A program made the position numbers and the translations under genes. DNA of 64,000 nucleotides from Myxococcota bacterium (GTDB taxonomy: Bacteria > Myxococcota_A > UBA9160 > PR03), in assembly GCA_041611735.1 (NCBI GenBank), contig JBFIML010000001.1, positions 64,001-128,000 on the forward strand, written 5' to 3'. The notes below the pieces were generated by a model, which saw only the letters and a list, made by a program, of their open reading frames with translations, was not told where the DNA came from and searched no databases. This document shows, piece after piece, positions 19,406 to 27,228 of this stretch (position 1 is its first letter; every line of letters starts with the position of its first letter).

Positions 19406-22400
19406 CTAGGCTTCCGCCGGGGCCCGGCGCTCCCGTTCCTTCTGCAGCCGCAGCGCCTCGCGCTGCTCGTCCGTCAGCAGGTGCATGGCCAGTCTCGGCC
19501 GGATGATCGAGTAGAAGGTCGGGATCACCGTGATGGCGCCGAGCATGTTGAAGATCATCAAGATCGTCAGCAGCTGGGCCATCTCGGCCTGGAACCGCAG
19601 GCTCGACCAGCTCCACAGGATGATGCCGCCCACGATGGTGGTGGCGGTGAAGCTCACGGCCATGCCCGTGGTGCTCACGGCCCGCCGGATCGCCTCGTCG
19701 ATGTCCGCGGTCTCGGCCACCTCCTGGCAGATGCGGTCCACGATGTAGATCGCGTAGTCCACTCCGATCCCCACGCCCACCGACTGAACCGGCAGGGTGT
19801 TGATGTTGAGGCCGACGCCGCGCAGGGCCAGATATGCCAGCGAGACCATGGTTGCGGTCGCGATCTGGATCACGATGATCGTGGCGCTGGTGACCGACCG
19901 GTACGTGAGACCGTTCAGCACGAAGATCACCAGGAAGATCAGCGAGATGTTGGCGACGTGGCTGCGCTCCACCTCGTCGTTGATGGCGCCGAGGATGCCC
20001 ATGATGCCGCCCGCCATCACGAACTGGACGCCCCGCGTCCAAGAGTCGGTCGGCTGGTACTTCGGGACCGAGTCGACCGCCTTCAGATCGTGGACGATCA
20101 GGTCCTTGGTGTTCACGGCCACGGCCCGGATGCCGAACTCCTCGCTCTCCCACCAGGCATCCACGTCGTCGGGGCCCCAGTCCGCGAGCGAGGAGGGCCA
20201 GGTGAAGACCTCGCCCTCCTCGACGCTGTCCCGCTGCTCCTCGTAATCGAGGACGGCTCCCTCCTGGAATTCCTCGAGCCAGTCGGGGAGACCGTCGCTT
20301 CCGGGATTGCTGGGCTGGACCGCCTCGTAGCGACCGTCCTTGCGGATCTGGAGGTTGAGCGTGTGGTTCCGCGGCGGAAGCAGCGGCCCGATCATGTAGT
20401 AGAGCATGTCCTTCAGCCGGTCGCCGTCGAAGAAGCCGGCGTCGGCGGCCGCCTTGTCCATGTCGAGCCGGACGATCACCTCGCCGATCGGATTGCGCTT
20501 GATGAACTCTTCGGCGGCGAGCACGGTCCGCATGATCGTCTCGCCCTTCTTGTCCGGGAAATAGAAGGAGATGTTCGCGTCCCGGCCGTCATCGGTCATG
20601 TAGGGCCGCAGGAAGCCCGGGGCGCCGTTGATGCGCAGCTGGAAGATCGTCGTGCGCACGGTGCCCGAGTCGTCGGGCACGAACTGCCACTTCGGGTCGC
20701 CGTAGTGGTTCATGCGCCAGTACGCCTTGATGATGGGCGCGATGGAGACCGAAACACCCAGATTGGTGTGGGCCTTCATCCAGCGCTCGAACTCCTCCAT
20801 GCGTCGGATCGGCAGCGGGTCGGCGCTCGCGTTGTCGCGGTCGCCGTTGGCGTAGACCACGAAGGAGTCCACCCCGCCGAACTTCTGGGCGATCGCCTCC
20901 GTGGCCAGGTTGAACTCGTGATCGGGCCAGAGCAGGGGCGAGCCCGGCGTCGCCAGCCCGATCTTCGAGTGGTAGAGGGTGATGTAGGTCGACCCCACGA
21001 AGATCACGACCACCACCGCTGCCACCGCGTACTTCCAGACCCGGTGCGTCGTGAGCCAGCCCACGAAGCTCATGGCTCGCACCATGAACTTGGGAAGGAA
21101 GTGCTCGGTCTCCTTGGGCGGCGCCATGTAGCAGATCATGACGGGGTGGAGGATCTCCACCGTGAACAGGATGGACGCCACCCAGAAGGCGCCGAAGATG
21201 CCGAGGTCGCGCATCTGCGGGATGGAGGTCACCAGGATCACGAGCAGGCCAGCGACGTCGGTGATGATGCCGAGGGTCCCGGGCACGATCAGCTCGCCCA
21301 TGGCCACGGTGGCGGCCTCCACCTTGGCCTCCTCGACATCGTCCATCTGCGCGGCCAGCAGCTCGAAGTCCTCGAAGAAGCGCTCGGCCATCTGCACCGT
21401 GTGAGACACGGCGCGCGCCGTGATGATCATCGGGATCACCAGCACGAGTGGGTCGAAGGTGATCCCCATCCAGCCGGTGAAGCCGGTGCCCCAGATCACG
21501 GTGGCGATGGCCGCGATGAAGGGGATCAGCACGCCGTGCATGCGTCGGAAGTAGCCGAGCAGCAGGAGGAACACGATGATCACGGTGAGCGCGACGAAGA
21601 GCCCGATCTCGTAGGCGTGCTTGAGGATCCACCCCACGTGGATGGGTTCGCCGGAGACGAAGATGCTGTGTCGCTCGTCCTCCTCCGCGGCCTTGATGGC
21701 CTGTACGTGGTCGAAGACCGCCGCGTAGACCTCGCGCGAGCTGAGGCGGTCCGCCACGAACCCGGCGGTGATCAGGGCCCCCTTCTCGTCCAGGGAGACG
21801 AGGCGCCCGTAGATGCGCGGCGGGTTCTGCAACACGATTTCGCGCAGCCGGTCTGCCTCCGCCTGGGTCTCCGGCACCTTGCTCATCAGGATGTCGGACG
21901 TGATGGAACCGTCCGGCTCGATCTGCACCACGCGTGTGCTGCTGTGCGCTACGGAGCGCACCTCGTCGTGGTTGACGGGATAGGGCGGGAAGCGGATGTC
22001 GAGCTCCTTCAGGAGCTTCTCCTGGGAGAGCCCTGTCTCCTCCAGCTTCGCGCGCAGCTCGTCGCGCTCCTCGGTGCGGCTGTCGAAGCCGACCCCGTCC
22101 AGGGCGCGCGTGATGCGGTGGATCTTCTGCAGCGTCTCCGGCGTGAAGATCGTGCCTTCCTTCATGATCACGCCGATCGCCACCAGCGCGGAGCCGCCGA
22201 ACTTCTTGGCGAACTTGTCCTGGGCGTGGATGAAGGGGTGGTCCGGCCACTGAGCGCGCGCCGAGGTGTCGACCCGCACGATCGGCCCGGGCAGCCGCAG
22301 GCCGTTGGCGCGCAGGATCGCGTTCACGGTGGGGTAGAGGAAGAAGGCCGTCGCCAGGATCAGCAGCATGGCCACCGGGAAGCGGTGCCGCACTACGAAG

Positions 22401-22459
22401 CGCGCGAAGCGCAGGGTGGCGGTCTCGCGAACTCGGTGGTGGGGGATCTCGTGGGACAT
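19406..22459 (-). CDS. MMPL/RND family transporter (1017 aa) with extra inserts
   Basis: Two repeats of TM + periplasmic loop + 5 TM; TM4 ARAVSHTVQ, TM10 GIGVDYAIY, TTGMAV. Confidence 0.88.
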   Translation of the reverse strand: MSHEIPHHRVRETATLRFARFVVRHRFPVAMLLILATAFFLYPTVNAILRANGLRLPGPIVRVDTSARAQWPDHPFIHAQDKFAKKFGGSALVAIGVIMKEGTIFTPETLQKIHRITRALDGVGFDSRTEERDELRAKLEETGLSQEKLLKELDIRFPPYPVNHDEVRSVAHSSTRVVQIEPDGSITSDILMSKVPETQAEADRLREIVLQNPPRIYGRLVSLDEKGALITAGFVADRLSSREVYAAVFDHVQAIKAAEEDERHSIFVSGEPIHVGWILKHAYEIGLFVALTVIIVFLLLLGYFRRMHGVLIPFIAAIATVIWGTGFTGWMGITFDPLVLVIPMIITARAVSHTVQMAERFFEDFELLAAQMDDVEEAKVEAATVAMGELIVPGTLGIITDVAGLLVILVTSIPQMRDLGIFGAFWVASILFTVEILHPVMICYMAPPKETEHFLPKFMVRAMSFVGWLTTHRVWKYAVAAVVVVIFVGSTYITLYHSKIGLATPGSPLLWPDHEFNLATEAIAQKFGGVDSFVVYANGDRDNASADPLPIRRMEEFERWMKAHTNLGVSVSIAPIIKAYWRMNHYGDPKWQFVPDDSGTVRTTIFQLRINGAPGFLRPYMTDDGRDANISFYFPDKKGETIMRTVLAAEEFIKRNPIGEVIVRLDMDKAAADAGFFDGDRLKDMLYYMIGPLLPPRNHTLNLQIRKDGRYEAVQPSNPGSDGLPDWLEEFQEGAVLDYEEQRDSVEEGEVFTWPSSLADWGPDDVDAWWESEEFGIRAVAVNTKDLIVHDLKAVDSVPKYQPTDSWTRGVQFVMAGGIMGILGAINDEVERSHVANISLIFLVIFVLNGLTYRSVTSATIIVIQIATATMVSLAYLALRGVGLNINTLPVQSVGVGIGVDYAIYIVDRICQEVAETADIDEAIRRAVSTTGMAVSFTATTIVGGIILWSWSSLRFQAEMAQLLTILMIFNMLGAITVIPTFYSIIRPRLAMHLLTDEQREALRLQKERERRAPAEA

Positions 22460-22568
22460 GGATCCTCTCGTCCTTCGGGGAGCCGGACCCCATCGACGCC
22501 GGGGTCGGACGGACGCGGCCGCGGGGACCGTGTCGCGACGGCCTCACGCGCGGCCGGCACCCGAGCGC

Positions 22569-22598
22569 ACCTTATGACCGAAGCCGGGCGACGGTCAA
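22569..22598 (-). promoter_or_regulatory. sigma70-like promoter of the MMPL gene overlapped by a TGACCG-N11-CGGTCA palindrome
   Basis: Minus strand TTGACC-N18-TAAGGT; inverted repeat 22575-22580/22592-22597. Confidence 0.55.
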
Positions 22599-22658
22599 GC
22601 GGGATCTGCCCGGGGGGACGGCGATCCCCCAGAGATCCACCAGGCCGTGGCGTCTCGC

Positions 22659-23174
22659 CTACGGGCAGCGCGCCAGGAAGGCGGCGGGCGTCACGACCCG
22701 GGCGCCCTGGCTTCGGGCACGCGCCGCCAGCCGCCGGTCCGCCGTCACCAGGGCGACCCGCGCCGGCTCGGGAGTGGCGCGAAGACGGGCGAGCATCCAG
22801 GCGTCGGCGGACGGGGCGAAGGCCACGCGCAGGCGCGCGGACGGCTCCGCGCCCGCCTCGGCGGGTCTCGCGCCGTCGAAGATCACCCAGATCTCCGCCT
22901 GAGGGTCGTCGAAGCTGGCGGCCCTCCCCAGGAGCCGTGCCCGGGCCTCCTCCCGCCACCAGCCCTGCCGATCCGAGTCCCGCAAGAGCGCCACCTGGAG
23001 CACGTTGAAGCCATCCACGAGCCAGGTGGTCGGGGTCGCTGCGGGATGCGGGTGGGCCACGGGGCCAGGGTAGGGCGCTGCGCTCCCCACGGCCCGGGCC
23101 TCGAGCTCGGCCCAGCCCAGGGCGAAGGCCACGAAGCCGAGCATGACGCCGAACGCCCGAAGTGCCTCTCGCAT
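22659..23174 (-). CDS. NYN/YacP-like PIN-fold nuclease domain protein
   Basis: WLVDGFNVL, VIFDG, SADAW, LVTADRRL; start uncertain. Confidence 0.78.
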   Translation of the reverse strand: MREALRAFGVMLGFVAFALGWAELEARAVGSAAPYPGPVAHPHPAATPTTWLVDGFNVLQVALLRDSDRQGWWREEARARLLGRAASFDDPQAEIWVIFDGARPAEAGAEPSARLRVAFAPSADAWMLARLRATPEPARVALVTADRRLAARARSQGARVVTPAAFLARCP

Positions 23175-23277
23175 GACCGGCAGCGTGCCGCGCCTCCGTG
23201 ACAGGGACGGACACGAGGGGGATCGGGAGAAGCCGCCCCGGCTTGCGGGACCGCGGGGCCTTCCCTACCGAGGAGCC

Positions 23278-24156
23278 ATGGCCGCCCCGTCCACCGTCCT
23301 CCCCATCGGCCTGGTCCAGATGTCCATGTCCGAGGACCCGGAGGCGAACCTCGCCCGGGCCCGCGAGGGCATCGAGGAGGCGGTGGGCCGCGGGGCTCGC
23401 ATCGTGTGCCTGCCGGAACTCTTCCGCAGCCGCTACTTCTGCCAGGCCGAGGACGCGGAGCGCTTCGCCCTGGCGGAGCCCGTGCCGGGGGGACCCACCA
23501 CCGAGGCCCTGGCCAAGCTCGCCGCCGCCCGCGGCGTCGTCCTCGTCGCCTCGCTCTTCGAGCGGCGCGCCGAGGGCCTCTACCACAACACGGCCGTCAC
23601 CCTGGACGCCGACGGCCGCGTGGCGGGCGTCTACCGCAAGATGCACATCCCCGACGATCCGCTCTACTACGAGAAGTTCTACTTCGCACCGGGGGATCTC
23701 GGCTTCCGGGCCGTGGCGACCCGGCACGCGCGCGTCGGGACCCTCGTCTGCTGGGACCAGTGGTTTCCCGAGGCAGCCCGCCTCACGGCCCTGGCCGGGG
23801 CGCAGGTGGTCTTCTATCCCACCGCCATCGGCTGGCAGTTCGACGCCGGGTCCGCAGAGGACGCGTCCCAGCACGACGCCTGGGAGACGGTGCAGCGCGG
23901 CCACGCCATCGCGAACGGCGTCTTCGTGGCGGTGGTGAACCGGGTCGGCCGCGAGGCAGCGATCCGTTTCTGGGGCCAGTCGTTCGTAGCCGATCCCTTC
24001 GGCCGCGTGCTGGCGCGTGCCTCGGACCGCGACGAAGAGGTCCTCGTGGTGGAATGCGACCTCGGGCAGATCGAACGCGTGCGCCGGGAATGGCCCTTCC
24101 TGCGCGATCGCCGCATCGACGCCTACGCGGACCTGGCCCGCCGCTTCCGGGACTGA
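23278..24156 (+). CDS. aguB: N-carbamoylputrescine amidase (carbon-nitrogen hydrolase)
   Basis: CLPELF, YRKMHIPDDPLYYEKFYF, LVCWDQWFPE (E-K-C triad); SD GAGGAG; adjacent to agmatine deiminase. Confidence 0.9.
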   Translation: MAAPSTVLPIGLVQMSMSEDPEANLARAREGIEEAVGRGARIVCLPELFRSRYFCQAEDAERFALAEPVPGGPTTEALAKLAAARGVVLVASLFERRAEGLYHNTAVTLDADGRVAGVYRKMHIPDDPLYYEKFYFAPGDLGFRAVATRHARVGTLVCWDQWFPEAARLTALAGAQVVFYPTAIGWQFDAGSAEDASQHDAWETVQRGHAIANGVFVAVVNRVGREAAIRFWGQSFVADPFGRVLARASDRDEEVLVVECDLGQIERVRREWPFLRDRRIDAYADLARRFRD

Positions 24157-24170
24157 GCCCCGCGCTGTCC

Positions 24171-25238
24171 GTGGAGGCGACGTCCGAGACCCCGGCCGCC
24201 CTCTCCTACCGATGGCCTGCCGAGTGGGAGCCCCACCGGGCCACCTGGCTGTCCTGGCCCCACAACGCCGAGACCTGGCCCGGGCGCCTGGCGCGCGCCG
24301 AGCGGACCTTCGCCGAGCTGGTGGGGCATCTGGTGGAGCACGAGGCGGTCTGCATCGCGGTGGGGGATCACGCACTCGAGGAGTCGGCGCGCAAGGCCCT
24401 GCGCCGTGCCGGCGTGGAGCCCGATCGCGGAGTCGCCTTCCACCCCATCGCCACCAACGACGCCTGGGCCCGCGACCACGGGCCGATCTTCCTGGTGCGG
24501 AAGGGAGCGGACGGGGCCCGCGAGCGCGTCGTGGCCGATTTCCGCTTCGACAACTGGGGCCGCAAGTACCCGGGCTTCGAGCGCGACGACGCGGTGCCGG
24601 CTGCGGTGGCGCGTGTCCTCGGGCTGCCTCGCTTCGCCGCGGACTTCGTGCTGGAGGGCGGAGCTGTGGACGGGGACGGGGAGGGCACGGTGCTCACCAC
24701 CGAGTCGTGTCTCCTGAACCCCAACCGCGGGGCCGACCGCGATCGGGAACGCATGGAGCTCCGCCTGCGGGCGTGGCTCGGCGCAGAGCGGGTCCTCTGG
24801 CTCGGCGCCGGCATCCAGGGCGACGACACCGATGGCCACGTGGACGACGTGGCCCGCTTCGTGGCGCCCGCCACGTTGGTGGCTGCGGTGTGCGGGGACC
24901 CCGCCAACCCCGATTCCGCCCCGCTCGCCGAGAACCGCCGCCGCCTGGCCCGCATGACGGACGCCCGGGGGCGACGCCTCGCCGTGGCGGAGCTTCCCGT
25001 GCCGCCGCGGGTCGTGGTGGACGGCAGCGTCCGCCCGGCCAGCTACGCGAACTTCTACCTGGCGAACGGCCTCGCCCTGGTCCCGACCTTCGACGCTGCG
25101 AGCGACGCTCGGGCCCTGGCGGTCCTGCGCGAGGCCCTGCCGGGCCGCGACGTGGTGGGGGTGCCCTGCAACGATCTCGTGGTGGGCCTCGGGGCGATCC
25201 ACTGCGTGACCCAGCAGGAGCCGGCGGGCGGACCCTGA
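24171..25238 (+). CDS. aguA: Agmatine deiminase
   Basis: PAEWEPH, DAWARDHGP, LEGG, DDTDGHVD, ASYANFY, GLGAIHCVTQQEP. Confidence 0.93.
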   Translation: MEATSETPAALSYRWPAEWEPHRATWLSWPHNAETWPGRLARAERTFAELVGHLVEHEAVCIAVGDHALEESARKALRRAGVEPDRGVAFHPIATNDAWARDHGPIFLVRKGADGARERVVADFRFDNWGRKYPGFERDDAVPAAVARVLGLPRFAADFVLEGGAVDGDGEGTVLTTESCLLNPNRGADRDRERMELRLRAWLGAERVLWLGAGIQGDDTDGHVDDVARFVAPATLVAAVCGDPANPDSAPLAENRRRLARMTDARGRRLAVAELPVPPRVVVDGSVRPASYANFYLANGLALVPTFDAASDARALAVLREALPGRDVVGVPCNDLVVGLGAIHCVTQQEPAGGP

Positions 25239-25331
25239 AGCCGAGGAGAAGCGGTTTTCCCTCGACGGAAATGGCGTTCCTCGCCGAGGCGGCTCGGCAC
25301 CCCCAGAAAGGCCCTTGGGGCGTTTCTGCAC

Positions 25332-25347
25332 TGGCACGCTTGCTGCA
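25332..25347 (+). promoter_or_regulatory. sigma-54 (-24/-12) promoter candidate
   Basis: TGGCACGCTTGCTGCA: GG at 25333-34 and GC at 25345-46 with exactly 10 nt between; about 90 nt upstream of ATG 25440. Confidence 0.7.
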
Positions 25348-25370
25348 CTTGTCCTGCCATCCACCTGCGC

Positions 25371-25400
25371 GACGCCCTGGAGCCCGGGCTCCAGGGCGTC
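25371..25400. repeat. Perfect 30-bp palindrome in the predicted 5' UTR
   Basis: GACGCCCTGGAGCCC|GGGCTCCAGGGCGTC is its own reverse complement. Confidence 0.9.
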
Positions 25401-25439
25401 CGTCCAAGATGGCTCCGGAACGAATCGCGAGGCCCCCCA

Positions 25440-27188
25440 ATGATCCGCGTGCCTGCCGTCTGCGCCCTGGCCGCCCTCACCCTGCTCGCCCCCCTGGGCG
25501 GTGAGCCGGCCCGGGCCGACGAGCCCTATCCGACCGACCGCTGCGTGAGCGAGAAGCTCGCGGCGGCCGCCCGCCATTGCGGAGAGATCCTGGGCCTCTT
25601 TTCCCGCTTCCACGCGGACCATCCCGCCCTCGGGCGGCGGCTGGCCCGCGCCGAGGCGCGCCTCGCGCGCGCCTGGCGGCGGGCCGAGGCCGGCTCGGCA
25701 GCGGACGGCGTGGACTGCGCGGATTCCACGGCCGGGAGCGCGGCCGTGGCGGACCTCGTCGAGGCCGGCGCAGACGGGATCGCCGGGTCCGCCGGGGCGC
25801 GTCTCTGCCGCGCGCTCCTCGAGGCGGAAGCCTGGCACCTGCGCAGCCGTGGCTGGGACCGGGAGCGCGAGCGGCTCGAGCGCCGGCGGGCCGAGGCCCT
25901 GCAGGCCGACGGGCCCGGCGATGGCAAGGCCCACGGTCGGCGCGAGCCGCACCCGGCGGCGCGCGAAGAAGGGTGGCGGGCTGCGGTCGAGGCCCTGGTC
26001 CAGCGCGTGGTCCTCGCCGTGACGGTCTCCCCGCACGTCCCCACCGAGTGGACGCAGGTCACTCCCGACGCGGAGGTTCGCTACGAGGGGCGCTCCCTCG
26101 CGCCCATCTGCTCGCGCGGCACCCCGTGGGTCTTCTTCGTGAAGCGCGGCACCGTGAACAAGCTCTTCATCCACTACCAGGGTGGTGGCGCCTGCTGGGA
26201 CGGCGTCACCTGCGACGCCTTCCCGACCTACGACCAGGCCGTCGATCCGGAGCGGGAGAATCCCGCCGGCTTCTCGGCGGGCCTCTTCGATCTCGACAAT
26301 CCCGACAACCCCATCCGGGACTGGCACATGGTCTTCGTCCCGTACTGCACGGGCGACGTCCACTGGGGCGACGCGCGCTTCGAACACCCGGACCTGGCCG
26401 GGGAGAACACGGTCGTGATCGAGCACAAGGGCTGGGTGAACGCCCGCGTGGCCGAGAAGTGGACGCGCGAGCACTTCGTGCATCCTGACCAGGTGTTCGT
26501 CACCGGCTCGAGCGCCGGCGCCTACGGCGCCATCGTGAACTCCTTGCCCCTGCTGGAGTTCGTGTACCCGTCGGCTCAGGTCTCGGTGCTCGGCGACGCG
26601 GGCAACGGCGTCATCACCCAGGACTTCCTGGAGAACGACATCCGCAAGTGGGGGGTCGAGAAGAACCTGCCGCCCTGGATCCCGGCCCTGAACCGACCGC
26701 TCGAGGAGCTCACGGCGGCGGACCTCTGGGTCGCCGCAGCGGAGTTCTACCCCCAGGCTCGCTTCGCCACCTACACCACCGCCTTCGACGGGAGCCGCGG
26801 TGGCCAGACCGGCTTCTTCTGGGTGATGCTCAACCCGGTCCGCGACAACCCCTTCAACATCTTCAAGTGGCTCAATTGGTGGGAGGCCAGCTGCGAATGG
26901 AACCAGCGCATGCGCGCGCTCAACGCCAACGCCACCGCCCGGGCCCCGAACTACCGCTACTATGTGGGCAGCGGGTCGCGCCACACCATCGAGTTCAACG
27001 ACAAGCTGTATGACGACACCACGGGCGGGGTTCCGCCCTTCGTGAGCTGGCTTCGCGCCATGATCGCCGGCAGCCCCGAGTGGGTGAACGTCGAGTGCCA
27101 GGACTGCGGCGTGCTGCTGCCCGGCGATCCGGCCCCCAGGCCGGCCCTGCCCCCCTTCACTGCCGACGGGCGCATCATCTGCGATTGA
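25440..27188 (+). CDS. Secreted pectinacetylesterase/Notum-family hydrolase with N-terminal helical Cys domain
   Basis: Signal peptide (..EPARA|DE); YQGGGACW, VPYCTGDVHWG, nucleophile GSSAGAYG, GSRHT. Confidence 0.85.
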   Translation: MIRVPAVCALAALTLLAPLGGEPARADEPYPTDRCVSEKLAAAARHCGEILGLFSRFHADHPALGRRLARAEARLARAWRRAEAGSAADGVDCADSTAGSAAVADLVEAGADGIAGSAGARLCRALLEAEAWHLRSRGWDRERERLERRRAEALQADGPGDGKAHGRREPHPAAREEGWRAAVEALVQRVVLAVTVSPHVPTEWTQVTPDAEVRYEGRSLAPICSRGTPWVFFVKRGTVNKLFIHYQGGGACWDGVTCDAFPTYDQAVDPERENPAGFSAGLFDLDNPDNPIRDWHMVFVPYCTGDVHWGDARFEHPDLAGENTVVIEHKGWVNARVAEKWTREHFVHPDQVFVTGSSAGAYGAIVNSLPLLEFVYPSAQVSVLGDAGNGVITQDFLENDIRKWGVEKNLPPWIPALNRPLEELTAADLWVAAAEFYPQARFATYTTAFDGSRGGQTGFFWVMLNPVRDNPFNIFKWLNWWEASCEWNQRMRALNANATARAPNYRYYVGSGSRHTIEFNDKLYDDTTGGVPPFVSWLRAMIAGSPEWVNVECQDCGVLLPGDPAPRPALPPFTADGRIICD

Positions 27189-27228
27189 AACCACCCCGCT
27201 GGTTGCCGCATCCGGAAAGGAGATCGTC

